A DNA stretch of 64,000 nucleotides from Polyangiales bacterium (GTDB lineage: Bacteria; Myxococcota_A; Polyangia; Polyangiales; Polyangiaceae). The stretch is from the NCBI GenBank assembly GCA_038231275.1, contig JBBRLQ010000008.1, positions 1 to 64,000 on the forward strand, in the 5' to 3' direction. Positions 10,358-20,320 of the stretch are shown in pieces. How positions within the stretch are numbered: position 1 is the stretch's first letter; the number at the start of each line of letters is the position of its first letter. A model generated the notes under the pieces. That model saw only the letters and a list, made by a program, of their open reading frames with translations. It searched no databases and had not been told where the DNA came from. A program made the translations under genes and the position numbers.

Positions 10358-11065
10358 CTACTTGTCCTTGTCGCGCGCGTCTTTTACCACCGCGATTTCG
10401 TTCTTCTTCTTCGGAAGGAGGACGTTGTCGATGAGCCCGTACTCCTTTGCCTGCGTCGCGCCCATGTAGAAGTCGCGATCGATGTCCTTCAGGATCTGCT
10501 CGCGCGATTTGCCGGTGGCGCCGACGATGATGTCGGTGAGGACATCTTTGGCGTGGCGGCTCTCGCGGGCCTGGATTTCGATGTCGCTCACCTGACCGCG
10601 GGCGCCGCCCGACGGCTGGTGGATCATGATGCGCGAGTTCGGAAGCGAGCCTCGTCGACCCTTCGCGCCCGCGGCCAGGAGCACCGCGCCCATCGACGCC
10701 GCCATGCCGAGGCAGGTCGTCGACACCGGGCAACGCACGTATTCCATCGTGTCGAAGATCGCGAGCCCGCTCGTCACCACACCGCCGGGGCTGTTGATGT
10801 AGAGCATGATCTCCTTGTCGGGATCCTCGCTCTCCAAAAAGAGAAATTGGGCGATGATGATGTTCGCTACGTCGTCGTTCACCTCGGTGCCGAGGAAGAC
10901 GATGCGGTCCTTCAGCAAGCGGCTGAAGATGTCCCAGTTGCGCTCGCCGCGGTGGGTCGTCTCGACGACGGTCGGGTACGGGATGAAGTCTTTCGTACGC
11001 TCGAGGGTCTCGATCGCCTGGGTGCGATTTTCGGGGAACCTTCGGCTCGCGGTGCGCTTGGTCAT
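10358..11065 (-). CDS. clpP: ATP-dependent Clp protease proteolytic subunit ClpP
   Basis: [27 protein letters not shown] (Ser), MIHQP (His), DRDFYM (Asp). Confidence 0.97.
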   Translation of the reverse strand: MTKRTASRRFPENRTQAIETLERTKDFIPYPTVVETTHRGERNWDIFSRLLKDRIVFLGTEVNDDVANIIIAQFLFLESEDPDKEIMLYINSPGGVVTSGLAIFDTMEYVRCPVSTTCLGMAASMGAVLLAAGAKGRRGSLPNSRIMIHQPSGGARGQVSDIEIQARESRHAKDVLTDIIVGATGKSREQILKDIDRDFYMGATQAKEYGLIDNVLLPKKKNEIAVVKDARDKDK

Positions 11066-11070
11066 GGGGC

Positions 11071-12468
11071 TCAGCCGTCCTTCTTGGACTTCTTGGTCTT
11101 CTTTTCGGCGTCGGGGGATGGGGGCGCTTGGGTCGAGGATGCGTCCTTACTTTCGGTCTTCGAGCCCTCGGCGTCCAGGGGGGGATCGATCGGAGCGTCG
11201 ACGATCTTCGACTTGCCTTCGATGAAATCGAGGATCTTGTCCTCAAGGATCATGCCGATGAGGATGTCGCGCTTCGACTTCTCGCGGTACTCGGCGCGGA
11301 GCTTCGCGACGTTCTTGCCGGTCTCCTCGGCGAGCTCAGCAAGGCCCTTCTCCATGTCCTCGTCGGTGACCTTGAACTCTTGCTTGCGGGCGATCGCCGC
11401 CATGAGGAGGCCTGCGCGGACCTTCTTTTCGGCGTCGGCGTGCACGCGGTCGTGGAGCGAGTGCGCCTGCTCCTGCGTGATCCGCTGACCCATCCGACGC
11501 GCCTGCATTACGATCTCCTGCTCCATCATGCGGCACTGCTGCTCGACCAATGAAGGGGGGACCTCGCAGGGATTCTGCTCGTTGAGCTTCTGGACGATCT
11601 GCTCGGCCAGCGCGGTCTCGGCGCGGTCCTTCATCATCTTCTCGAGCTTCGTGTGCACGTCGGCGCGGAGCTCGACCATCGTCTGGAACTGACCCACGTC
11701 CTTGGCGAACTCGTCGTCGGCGGCGGGGAGGACCTTCTCCTTCAGATCGGTGATCGTCACCTTGAAGATGCCGGTCTTGCCCTTGAAGTCGTCGCGCGGG
11801 TGCGCGTCCGGGAACTTCGACTCGGCGTTCACCGTCTCGCCGGCGCCGTGGCCGGTGAGCGCGGCGTCGAGCTCGGGTAGCGCCTGACCGGCGCCGAGCT
11901 CGAGCTGAACGCCCTGCCCTCCGCCGTCCTTCACCTCGGTCCCGTCGATCGAGAGCGTGAAGTCGATCGTGACGACGTCTCCCGCCTTGCTCGGGCGCGC
12001 GGGCTCCGGCGCCTTCAGCGAGGCGTGACGAAGACGCAGCCCCTCGAGCTGCTCGTCGACCATCGCGTCGGTCACCGCGGACGGCGGACGCGACAGCTCG
12101 AAGTTCTCGTATTTGACGTCCTCGATGTCCGGCTGGACCTCGAAGCGCGCCTTGTACGAGAACGCGTCGGTCGGCGCGAGCTTGCCGGCCTCGACGTTCG
12201 GCTGGCTCACCGGCGTGACGTTCTTCTCGGTGAGGACCTTCGGGAGCGTGTCGTTGACGATCGCGTTCGCGACGTCGTTCGCGACCTGCGGTCCGAACAG
12301 GTGCGAGAGCACACTGCGCGGCGCCTTGCCAGGACGGAAGCCCTTCACGTGCGCCTTGCGCGCGAGGTTCAAGTACGCCTTGTCGACCTCCGCCCGAACC
12401 TGGTCGGCGGGCACTTCGACGGACAGCTCCATCATGACGGGGGAAATGCGCGAGACTGTGACTTGCAT
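11071..12468 (-). CDS. tig: Trigger factor
   Basis: GFRPGKAP ribosome-binding motif, FKBP-like middle domain, position upstream of clpP-clpX. Start re-called at MQVTV. Confidence 0.95.
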   Translation of the reverse strand: MQVTVSRISPVMMELSVEVPADQVRAEVDKAYLNLARKAHVKGFRPGKAPRSVLSHLFGPQVANDVANAIVNDTLPKVLTEKNVTPVSQPNVEAGKLAPTDAFSYKARFEVQPDIEDVKYENFELSRPPSAVTDAMVDEQLEGLRLRHASLKAPEPARPSKAGDVVTIDFTLSIDGTEVKDGGGQGVQLELGAGQALPELDAALTGHGAGETVNAESKFPDAHPRDDFKGKTGIFKVTITDLKEKVLPAADDEFAKDVGQFQTMVELRADVHTKLEKMMKDRAETALAEQIVQKLNEQNPCEVPPSLVEQQCRMMEQEIVMQARRMGQRITQEQAHSLHDRVHADAEKKVRAGLLMAAIARKQEFKVTDEDMEKGLAELAEETGKNVAKLRAEYREKSKRDILIGMILEDKILDFIEGKSKIVDAPIDPPLDAEGSKTESKDASSTQAPPSPDAEKKTKKSKKDG

Positions 12469-12540
12469 GGGGAGCGGGAACATATCCCACGGGTCCAGGA
12501 CCGCAAGCATCTCGGGCCGTTCAACCGCCCAATGACGCAC

Positions 12541-12580
12541 AAAAAAGTGCGCCCCGGAACCGAGGCGTGGTCCGGGGCGC
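12541..12580 (-). terminator. Intrinsic terminator downstream of the small acidic protein gene
   Basis: Stem gcgccccgga(12549-58)/tccggggcgc(12571-80) followed on the minus strand by a T6 run (12541-46). Confidence 0.75.
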
Positions 12581-12626
12581 GGGGTGTTCCGGGAGGAACG
12601 CGGAAGCTAAGTCAACACGGGCAAAC

Positions 12627-12815
12627 TCAATCGTCGTCGTCGTCGTCCTCTTCGGCGGGATCGTACTCGTCGATGGTGTCGTCGAAGAGCATGTCGCTGC
12701 CTTCGAAGATGGTCTCCTGGATGAGGTCGTCGAGGGAGAACCCGACCTTGAACTGCGGGCGGAGCTCTTCACGCTCGAACTCTTCGATGCTCCGGTAATT
12801 CTTCGGCACGCTCAT
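12627..12815 (-). CDS. Small highly acidic protein (62 aa)
   Basis: SD GGAGG upstream, GC-biased codons, own terminator; 23 of 62 residues are D/E. Confidence 0.75.
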   Translation of the reverse strand: MSVPKNYRSIEEFEREELRPQFKVGFSLDDLIQETIFEGSDMLFDDTIDEYDPAEEDDDDDD

Positions 12816-12988
12816 GGGCTGAAAGTCCTCCGCGAAGAAAGGTCGTGGGACGGCGTCGTGGACGAGGAGGTGAGCGCGATGATCGTGGCCGGGCGGGACG
12901 TCCTCGGTGCCAGCCAGTACGCGCGCATCACGCGGGCTGTCGTCGGGGAGTCGTCATCGAGGAGTGCGGTGGCCAGGTTCGTTCGCAT
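12812..12988 (-). CDS. Possible 58-aa leader ORF coupled to the acidic protein gene
   Basis: MRTNLATALLDDDSPTTARVMRAYWLAPRTSRPATIIALTSSSTTPSHDLSSRRTFSP*; AGGA upstream; its TGA overlaps the next ATG (ATGA). Below the ORF-track size cut-off. Confidence 0.35.
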   Translation of the reverse strand: MRTNLATALLDDDSPTTARVMRAYWLAPRTSRPATIIALTSSSTTPSHDLSSRRTFSP

Positions 12989-13182
12989 CGTGTTGTCCTA
13001 CATCTGCCGACACCATACTACTTGGTGCGAGCACAACCAAAAAAGCGTGGTGGATTTTCGGGAATAGGGAGTCGCATCGCGATGGATCTTTGCAGCGCCG
13101 CCCGAGTCCTCGGCGATCCAGTGCGTCCACCGCGAGCACGGCGAAGTGTCGAGAACCACGCGAACCGCGAGGCCGAACGCCC

Positions 13183-13198
13183 TGGTGAGGCTCTTGCA
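13183..13198 (+). promoter_or_regulatory. Putative sigma54 promoter
   Basis: TGGTGAGGCTCTTGCA: GG(13184-85)-N10-GC(13196-97) about 40 nt upstream of ATG 13240. Confidence 0.55.
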
Positions 13199-13239
13199 AT
13201 ACAATGTGGGACACGCTCTTACACCACCGGGGGCCCCCC

Positions 13240-14787
13240 ATGATCTTGCGAACGTTCGGAACCGCACTCGTCGCGACCTCACTCGCAGCCTTCGCAGGTT
13301 GCAGCGCAGCGCCCGCCTCTACGGATGCGTCCGAGGCGGATCTCCAGGAGGCCAAGGCGCCGCCCGAGTGGGACGCGCCCGTCGTGCGCCCCGCGAGCGA
13401 GAGCGCCGCCGAGCAGGCGCGCCAGGCCTGCAAGTTCAAGAAGGGCGCGATGCCGGCGGCGACGCTCGGCAAAGAGATCCCCGTCGATCGCGACATCCCG
13501 ATCAAGAACATCGTCGTCTTGATGCAGGAGAACCGCTCGTTCGACTCGTACTTCGGTCACCTCGCGAAGTTCGCTGGCCGCGACGACATCGAGTCAGCGC
13601 CGGACTCGGCGTCGAACCCCCAAAGCACCCAGTCGCCCGACGGCGAGCAGCACGCGTTCCAGCACGCGAAGGACCTCTGCCTCTCCGACACCAACCACGA
13701 GTGGTACGGCGCTCACCAAGAGTTCAACGGCGGCAAGAACGACGGCTTTTACCAGGCCAACCAGCTCTTCATCGAAGAGGGCCAGCCGACCGTGGACAAG
13801 ACGCTCATCAACGGTGAGCGCGCGCTCTGGTGGTACGACGAGCGCGACATCCCCTTCTACTATGCCCTCGCAAACACGTTCGCGATCGGCGACCACTACT
13901 TCTCGTCGGTGATGGGTCCGACGTGGCCGAACCGCGACTACCTCTACGCCGCGACGAGCCGCGGCAAGACGACGAACACGCGCCCCGACCTGAAGGGCCT
14001 GGAATTTCCGGCCCACGACACGGTCATCTTCCACGAGCTGCAGCGCCGCAAGGTCGACTGGGAGATCTTCGTCGACGGCACGCTCCCGGCGCCGCGCCTC
14101 GGGACCTTCCTGCCCACCGGGAACATCTTCTGGCGCTTCCTGATGGCCGGCAAGGTCCACGGGATGGACGACTTCTACGAGCGCGCCCGCAACGGGACGT
14201 TGCCCGAGGTCTCGTTCATCGACGCGAACATCCACGAGGACGTGGACGGCAACGACGAGCACCCGCCGGGCGACATCCAGAACGGGCAGAAGTTCTCGAG
14301 CGACATCGTCCACGCGATGTTCAAGAGCCCGCAGTGGAAGCAGTCGGCGCTCTTCATCACGTACGACGAGAACGGCGGCATCTACGACCACGTCGCGCCG
14401 CCCTCCGCGTGCGCGCCCGATGGCATCGCGCCCGAGTTCGAGACCGACGAGGACAAGGCCTTCGAAGCGGCGAGCCCCAGCGCCGGATTCAACCAGCTCG
14501 GCTTCCGCGTGCCGGTCACGGTGGTCTCGCCGTTCGCGAAGAAAGGCTACGTCTCGCACAAGACGTTCGACCACACGAGCATCACGCGCTTCATCGAAGC
14601 GAAGTTCAAGATGCCGGCCCTCACGGCGCGCGACGCGAACGCCGACCCGATGTACGACTTCTTCGACTTCGAGAACCCGCCGTTCATGACGCCGCCGAGC
14701 CTCCCCGAGGCGACGATCGACCAGGAGCGCCGCGCGGCGTGCCAGGCGCTCTACCCGAAGAGCGGAGACAAGAACCAGAAGCAGTAA
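13240..14787 (+). CDS. Phospholipase C / phosphoesterase family lipoprotein
   Basis: Lipobox FAGC; MQENRSFDSYFG, GPTWPNR, DEHPP, TYDENGG.YDHV.PP, GFRVP, DHTS motifs. Confidence 0.92.
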   Translation: MILRTFGTALVATSLAAFAGCSAAPASTDASEADLQEAKAPPEWDAPVVRPASESAAEQARQACKFKKGAMPAATLGKEIPVDRDIPIKNIVVLMQENRSFDSYFGHLAKFAGRDDIESAPDSASNPQSTQSPDGEQHAFQHAKDLCLSDTNHEWYGAHQEFNGGKNDGFYQANQLFIEEGQPTVDKTLINGERALWWYDERDIPFYYALANTFAIGDHYFSSVMGPTWPNRDYLYAATSRGKTTNTRPDLKGLEFPAHDTVIFHELQRRKVDWEIFVDGTLPAPRLGTFLPTGNIFWRFLMAGKVHGMDDFYERARNGTLPEVSFIDANIHEDVDGNDEHPPGDIQNGQKFSSDIVHAMFKSPQWKQSALFITYDENGGIYDHVAPPSACAPDGIAPEFETDEDKAFEAASPSAGFNQLGFRVPVTVVSPFAKKGYVSHKTFDHTSITRFIEAKFKMPALTARDANADPMYDFFDFENPPFMTPPSLPEATIDQERRAACQALYPKSGDKNQKQ

Positions 14788-14877
14788 CGTCGGTCGTGGC
14801 CGGCGCGGGTGAGCAGCCGGCAGGACTTGCCGCCGGCCGTGGGAATGTCGGCGCGTACGTGGTAATCACACGGGCTC

Positions 14878-15699
14878 ATGGCGCGGCCTAGAGCGAACGG
14901 GCGGTCGAAGCCTCACGACGGAACGCCGCGCGTCATCTGCGTGGTGAACCAGAAGGGGGGCGTCGGGAAGACGACGACCGCCGTGAACCTCGCGGCGAGC
15001 GTGGCGGCGGCAGAGAAGAGGACGCTGCTCCTCGACATGGACCCGCAGGGAAACGCGTCGAGCGGCGTGGGCGTTCGGCAAGGGACGCGCGAACGCAGCG
15101 TGTACGACGTGCTCATCGGGCGCGCGACGCTGGCCGACGTGCTCGTAGAGACCGAGGTGCCGGGCCTCCTCGTCGCTCCGGCCACGCAGGATCTCGTCGC
15201 CGCCGAGCTCGAGCTGGTCGACGAGGCCGATCGCGCGACGCGCCTCAAGAGCGCGCTCGCTGCGCTGCTCGAGAAGGATCGGTTCGACTACGTGTTCATC
15301 GACTGCCCGCCGTCGCTCGGCCTGCTCACGGTGAACGCGCTCACGGCGAGCAAGTGCGTGCTGGTGCCGCTGCAGTGCGAGTACTACGCGCTCGAAGGCC
15401 TGACGCACCTCATGGCCACGATCGATCGCGTGAAGAACGGGTACAACCCCGACCTCGAGGTCGAGGGGATCGTGCTGACGATGTTCGATCCGCGGAACAA
15501 CCTGGCGCACCAGGTGGCCGACGAGGTCAAGAAACACTTCCACGTCTTCGAGTCGGTCATCCCCCGCAACGTGCGCCTCAGCGAAGCGCCGAGCCACGGC
15601 AAGCCCGTCATTCTCTACGACGTGCAGAGCAAGGGCGCGCAGGGCTACCTGTCTCTTGCGCGCGAGATGCTTCTGGAGCATGCGGGAGGCGCCGCATGA
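14878..15699 (+). CDS. parA: ParA/Soj chromosome partitioning ATPase
   Basis: NQKGGVGKTTT, DMDPQGNASSG, IDCPPSLG, QCEYYALEG, IPRNVRLSEAPSHG. Confidence 0.96.
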   Translation: MARPRANGRSKPHDGTPRVICVVNQKGGVGKTTTAVNLAASVAAAEKRTLLLDMDPQGNASSGVGVRQGTRERSVYDVLIGRATLADVLVETEVPGLLVAPATQDLVAAELELVDEADRATRLKSALAALLEKDRFDYVFIDCPPSLGLLTVNALTASKCVLVPLQCEYYALEGLTHLMATIDRVKNGYNPDLEVEGIVLTMFDPRNNLAHQVADEVKKHFHVFESVIPRNVRLSEAPSHGKPVILYDVQSKGAQGYLSLAREMLLEHAGGAA

Positions 15700-16592
15700 T
15701 GAACCGCATGGTGAACCCGGATCCGACGAAGAAGCGCGCGCTGGGCCGCGGGCTCGATGCCCTCCTCCCGAGCGCGTCCGTCCCGAGCGCGACGTACGGC
15801 GACAAGAGCGTGTTCGTGTGCCCGCTCGACAAGATCGTCCCGCAGAAGGGCCAGCCGCGGCAGCACTTCGACGCGCAGGCCCTCGAAGAGCTCGCGCAGT
15901 CGATCAAGGAGCACGGGCTCCTCGAGCCGATCGTCGTGCGGCGCAGCACCGACAAGAGCGTCGGCGAAGGCAAGTTCGAGATCATCGCCGGCGAGCGTCG
16001 CTGGCGCGCGTCGCAGAAGGCGGGCCTTCGCGAGGTGCTCGTCGTCGTCAAAGACGTCACGCCGCGCACCGCGTTCGAGCTCGCGCTGATCGAGAACGTG
16101 CAGCGCGAGGACTTGAACCCGGTGGAGCTCGCCGAGGCGCTCGATCGCCTCGTGAAGGAGCACGCGTACACGCAGGAGACGCTCGCCGCGCGCCTCGGCA
16201 AAGATCGCACGACGATCACCAACAGCCTCCGGCTCTTGAAATTGCCGGCGATGGTGCGCTCGAAGATCGTGAGCGGCGAGCTGACCGAGGGTCACGCGCG
16301 CGCGCTGCTCGGCGCCGATCCCGACAAGATCGAGCACCTCGCCGAGAAGGTCATGCGCGGCCGCCTCAGCGTGCGCGCGACCGAAGCTCTGGTCCGCGGC
16401 GCGAAGGCCAAGGGCAAGTCGAAGGGCAACGGCGCCGAGAAGAGCACGAGCATCCGCGATCTCGAGGTGAAGCTGTCGCGCGCGCTCGGCACGAAGGTCG
16501 AGGTCCGAGACCGCGGCAATCAGGGCGAGATCGCGATCCCCTACGCGGATCTCGACGCGCTCGACCGGCTGCTCGACAAGCTGCTCGCCTGA
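15696..16592 (+). CDS. parB: ParB/Spo0J partitioning protein
   Basis: LGRGLDALL, QPR, IIAGERRWRA, ENVQREDLNPVE, HTH, GHARALL; ATGA overlap with parA. Confidence 0.96.
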   Translation: MMNRMVNPDPTKKRALGRGLDALLPSASVPSATYGDKSVFVCPLDKIVPQKGQPRQHFDAQALEELAQSIKEHGLLEPIVVRRSTDKSVGEGKFEIIAGERRWRASQKAGLREVLVVVKDVTPRTAFELALIENVQREDLNPVELAEALDRLVKEHAYTQETLAARLGKDRTTITNSLRLLKLPAMVRSKIVSGELTEGHARALLGADPDKIEHLAEKVMRGRLSVRATEALVRGAKAKGKSKGNGAEKSTSIRDLEVKLSRALGTKVEVRDRGNQGEIAIPYADLDALDRLLDKLLA

Positions 16593-16616
16593 CGCTCCTG
16601 ACGCTCCTGCACGCGC

Positions 16617-17456
16617 TCAATTCGCGAGGCAGAAGACCGGCGCGATCGCGGCGTAGGCCGACGCAAAATCGCCCGCGGCGGTGATGCACTGAGACGCGGG
16701 GGCCGGCAGCGTATCGATGCATTTCGCCGCCGCCACCTCCGGCGCGCACGCGCTCTGATCGGCCGCGTTGTCGCAGGCGTTGATCATGTCGGCGGTGGTG
16801 TTCGGATCCTTCGCGCATGCGCCACACGCGACGGCGCGGCACTCCGTCAGGTACAAGCTCGCGCTCGCGCAACCGGCGCCGTCGGCGATGGTGCCCTGCT
16901 CGATGGCGATGCAGCCGGCGAGGTTCGGAACGATGAAGCCACCCGTCGCGATGATGGCGCCGAGCGCGGGGCCGTTGCTCGGAAGGATGCACTCCTGGCA
17001 GGCTTTGCCGGCCACTGAGTTCGTGAACGCCTTGCACGCCGCGCCCCCGTCCGACTGCGTACCGAGGCAGACTTTCGCGAACAGATCGATGTTCGCCTGC
17101 GTGCAGTCCTTCTGGTGGGGGTGCGGCGCTCGCCACTGTTTGGTGTACGTGACCGCGCAGGCGGGCGTGCACACCTGCCCTTGGACACCGGCATCGCAGT
17201 CGCCGGTTGGAGGCGGAGGCGGAATCGGAGGCGGCTTCGGATTCGGATTCGGATTCGGAGTCGGCGTCGGCGTCGGAATCGGAATCGGAGTCGGCGTCGG
17301 CGTCGGAGTCGGGATGCTCCCGTCGTGCGCGCTCGTCCCTCCGTCGTCCGCGCCGATTTCGACCGCGCGCCCGCCGCAACTGGCCGATACCGACACCGCG
17401 ACCAGGGCCAGAGCGCCGACGTTCACGAGACCCCACGCTGTGCCACTTCGCTTCAT
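16617..17456 (-). CDS. Cys-rich lipoprotein with Pro-X repeat linker
   Basis: Signal with SASC; PTPTPIPIPTPNPNP linker; paired-Cys helical C-terminal domain. Confidence 0.75.
   Translation of the reverse strand: MKRSGTAWGLVNVGALALVAVSVSASCGGRAVEIGADDGGTSAHDGSIPTPTPTPTPIPIPTPTPTPNPNPNPKPPPIPPPPPTGDCDAGVQGQVCTPACAVTYTKQWRAPHPHQKDCTQANIDLFAKVCLGTQSDGGAACKAFTNSVAGKACQECILPSNGPALGAIIATGGFIVPNLAGCIAIEQGTIADGAGCASASLYLTECRAVACGACAKDPNTTADMINACDNAADQSACAPEVAAAKCIDTLPAPASQCITAAGDFASAYAAIAPVFCLAN
17212..17313. repeat. Coding hexamer repeats (PT/PI/PN dipeptides)
   Basis: Tandem ggattc/ggagtc/ggcgtc/ggaatc units. Confidence 0.8.
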
Positions 17457-17468
17457 GGGCGTCCCCGA

Positions 17469-17484
17469 TGCAAGAAGCTGACCT
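17469..17484 (-). promoter_or_regulatory. Possible sigma54 promoter
   Basis: Minus strand AGGTCAGCTTCTTGCA, GG-N10-GC with TTGCA, ending 13 nt before ATG 17456; the -24 half is non-consensus. Confidence 0.35.
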
Positions 17485-18081
17485 TCACTTCGACGGGAGG
17501 GCCACCTTGTAGATCGAGTTTTTCGGCTGCGCGAAGAGCCGCTGCACCATCGGTTCGAAGAACGACAAGGGCAACGTTTCCCGCTTCGCGTCGAAGGCGG
17601 GGCCGTCGTACTTCGCGCAGAACTCCTCGGCGCGGGCGTAGTGCGGGTGATCTTTGAACATGTCCCGCATGTCGCGGTTCATGCCGAGGTGGTGAAAGAA
17701 GTAATAGCCCTGAAAAATGCCGTGCCTCTCCACCATGAAGAGGTTCTCCTCCGAGACGAACGGCTTCAGGATCGCAGCGGCGATGTCCGGGTGATTGTAC
17801 GTGCCGAGGGTGTCACCGATGTCATGGAGGAGCGCGCAGACCACGTACTCCTCGTCGCGCCCGTCGCGGTGGGCGAGCGTCGCGGTCTGGAGGCAGTGCG
17901 TCAGGCGATCCACCGGCAAGCCGCCGTAGTCGCCGTCGAGGAGCTTCAAGTGGGCGAGGACGCGGCCGGAGATGCCCTGCGCGAATGCCACGAACTGCGC
18001 GCCGATCTTCATCCAGTCCGCTTGCGTGGACTGCTCCATGCTGGTGAACGTCGCGCGCGGCTCGCTCGTGTCGTGGCCCAT
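17485..18081 (-). CDS. HD-domain phosphohydrolase/oxygenase
   Basis: DRLTHCLQTAT...ALLHDIGD...NH...HG motifs. Confidence 0.85.
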   Translation of the reverse strand: MGHDTSEPRATFTSMEQSTQADWMKIGAQFVAFAQGISGRVLAHLKLLDGDYGGLPVDRLTHCLQTATLAHRDGRDEEYVVCALLHDIGDTLGTYNHPDIAAAILKPFVSEENLFMVERHGIFQGYYFFHHLGMNRDMRDMFKDHPHYARAEEFCAKYDGPAFDAKRETLPLSFFEPMVQRLFAQPKNSIYKVALPSK

Positions 18082-18093
18082 GACTCGTCCTCC

Positions 18094-18477
18094 TCAGGCT
18101 CGCTCGATGAGCTCGATCTTGTGGCCGTCGGGGTCCTCGACGAACGCGATGACGGTGCTGCCGTGCTTCATCGGCCCTGGCTCGCGCGTCACCTTCCCGC
18201 CCGCCGCGCGCACGCGCTCGACCGCCGCGGAGATATCGGCCGCGCCGATGGCGACGTGCCCCCACGAGTCGCCGACGACGTAGTCGGTCTTGCCCCAGTT
18301 GTGGGTGAGCTCGATGACGGCCGTGTCGTCCTCCGAGCCGAAGCCGAGGAAGGCGAGCGTGAACTTTCCGTCCGGGTATTCCTTCTCGCGCAGCAGCTTC
18401 ATGCCGAGGCACTCGCAGTAGAACGTCTTCGACTTCGCGAGATCGGCGACCCGGATCATCGTGTGGAGGATGCGCAT
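18094..18477 (-). CDS. gloA: Lactoylglutathione lyase (glyoxalase I)
   Basis: MRILHTMIRV, IELTHNW, GHVAI, AFVEDPDGHKIELIE. Start re-called at 18477. Confidence 0.95.
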   Translation of the reverse strand: MRILHTMIRVADLAKSKTFYCECLGMKLLREKEYPDGKFTLAFLGFGSEDDTAVIELTHNWGKTDYVVGDSWGHVAIGAADISAAVERVRAAGGKVTREPGPMKHGSTVIAFVEDPDGHKIELIERA

Positions 18478-18482
18478 CGGCT

Positions 18483-19361
18483 TCAGCCTTTCGCGGCGCG
18501 GCGGCCCGCCGCGGTGAGTGTATTCTGCAATAAACACGCGATCGTCATGGGGCCTACGCCGCCGGGCACCGGGGAGATCGCGCGCGCGCGCTCCTTCGCC
18601 TCGTCGAACGCGACGTCGCCGACCAGGCGCGTCTTGCCGTCCCCCTTGCCGTTGTCGACGCGGTTGATCCCGACGTCGATCACCACGGCGCCGGGCTTGA
18701 TCCAGTCGCCGCGGATCATCTCGGGCTTTCCGACGGCGGCGATGAGCACGTCCGCCTCGCGGCACACCGCGGGCAAGTCGCGGGTGCGCGAGTGCGCGAT
18801 GGTCACGGTCGCGTGCTGCGCGAGGAGGAGCTGCGCGATGGGCTTGCCGACGATGTTGCTGCGGCCGACGACGACCGCGCGCGCGCCCTTGAGGTCCTGT
18901 CCGGAAAGCTCGAGGAGACGCATGCAGCCAAGCGGTGTGCACGGGACGAGGCCGGGGCGGCCGGTGGCGAGGAGGCCTGCGTTGACGGGGTGGAAGCCGT
19001 CGACGTCTTTGTCCGCGAAGATGAGATCGAGGATCTTCTGCTCGATGATCTGCTTCGGGAGCGGGAGCTGGACGAGGATCCCGTCGACGTGCGGATCGGC
19101 GTTCAGCTCGGCGACGAGCGCCAGGACCGTCGCCTCGCTCACGTCGACGCCGAGGCGGTGGAGGCGGCCGCGCATGCCGACCTCGTTCGAGGCCTTCTCC
19201 TTGTTGCGCGTGTAGACCTGGCTCGCCGGATCTTCGCCGACGAGGACGACGTCGAGCCCGGGGACACGGCCATGCTTCGCGCGGAAGGCATCGACGCCCA
19301 CGCGTACTTCTGCGCGGACGGACTCCGCGAGCGATTTTCCGTCGAGGATGATGGCGCTCAC
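18483..19361 (-). CDS. folD: Methylenetetrahydrofolate dehydrogenase/cyclohydrolase
   Basis: [42 protein letters not shown]. Confidence 0.98.
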   Translation of the reverse strand: MSAIILDGKSLAESVRAEVRVGVDAFRAKHGRVPGLDVVLVGEDPASQVYTRNKEKASNEVGMRGRLHRLGVDVSEATVLALVAELNADPHVDGILVQLPLPKQIIEQKILDLIFADKDVDGFHPVNAGLLATGRPGLVPCTPLGCMRLLELSGQDLKGARAVVVGRSNIVGKPIAQLLLAQHATVTIAHSRTRDLPAVCREADVLIAAVGKPEMIRGDWIKPGAVVIDVGINRVDNGKGDGKTRLVGDVAFDEAKERARAISPVPGGVGPMTIACLLQNTLTAAGRRAAKG

Positions 19362-19380
19362 TGTGACCTCCGGCCGGAGC

Positions 19381-20310
19381 CTACCCCTCGGCCATCGTCG
19401 GCGTCGAGGGACGCCGGCGGATCCTGTGGATCGCGATCGCCACCGCGACGAGCCCGACCCCGATCAGCTGCGACGTCGACAGTCCGACCATTTCTCCGCG
19501 ATCGTCGCGGCGGAGGAACTCGAGCAGGAAGCGCGCGACCGCATAGAGCGCCAGGAACGCGGCGAAGACCTGGCCGTCGTAGCGCTTGCGCGGGAGCACG
19601 ACGAGGAGGCACACCGCGCAGATGAGGAGCGACGCGGCCGACTCGTAGACCTGTGTAGGATGCACGGGATGGCTCCACATGCCCATCGAGGGCAGGGAGT
19701 GCACCTTCCATTGCGCCTCGCTCGCGGCGCTGCGCGGCGGGAACGACATCGCCCACGGGACGCTCGACTCCGCGCCGAAGCAGCATCCCGCGAGGAGGCA
19801 GCCCATTCGCCCGAACGCGAGGCCCATCGGCACCGCGAAGCCGGCCATGTCCGCAGCCTTCCAGAACGGGAACTTGTCGCGTTTCAGGAGAAACCACGCC
19901 GCCGCCGACGAGCCGAGGAAGCCGCCGTAATACGTGAGGCCGCCGGCCCAGAACTTCGCCCAGCCGAGGCAGTCTTGCTGCGGATGACAGACCGCCCGCG
20001 CGGCGTCCCACACGCCCTCGACGCGCTTGATGCATTCGGTCTCGCCGATCGGGAGATCGACCTTCGAGGGATCGGTGCAGAGGTGCACGTAGTCCCAGAA
20101 GTAGCCGTCGGCGAGCACGTGGAGGATGCGGCCACCCGCGACACCGGCGAGGAGCATCGCGAGGCCGAGATCGACGATGACGTCGGGGTTCTGCCCGATG
20201 CGCCGCGCCCACAAAACACCGAGCGCCGTCGCGAAGAGGAAGCCCGACAGAAGGAGGACGAAGTACGCGGGGAAGCCGATGTCGAAGAGGCGAAAGAGCT
20301 CGGGCCTCAT
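19381..20310 (-). CDS. lgt: Prolipoprotein diacylglyceryl transferase
   Basis: [43 protein letters not shown]; Cys-containing insert. Confidence 0.93.
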   Translation of the reverse strand: MRPELFRLFDIGFPAYFVLLLSGFLFATALGVLWARRIGQNPDVIVDLGLAMLLAGVAGGRILHVLADGYFWDYVHLCTDPSKVDLPIGETECIKRVEGVWDAARAVCHPQQDCLGWAKFWAGGLTYYGGFLGSSAAAWFLLKRDKFPFWKAADMAGFAVPMGLAFGRMGCLLAGCCFGAESSVPWAMSFPPRSAASEAQWKVHSLPSMGMWSHPVHPTQVYESAASLLICAVCLLVVLPRKRYDGQVFAAFLALYAVARFLLEFLRRDDRGEMVGLSTSQLIGVGLVAVAIAIHRIRRRPSTPTMAEG

Positions 20311-20320
20311 CGCGCAGGCA

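Noticed and set aside
14788-16620. parS sites near parAB
   Set aside because: No GTTCCAC-GTGGAAC-type palindrome found by eye.
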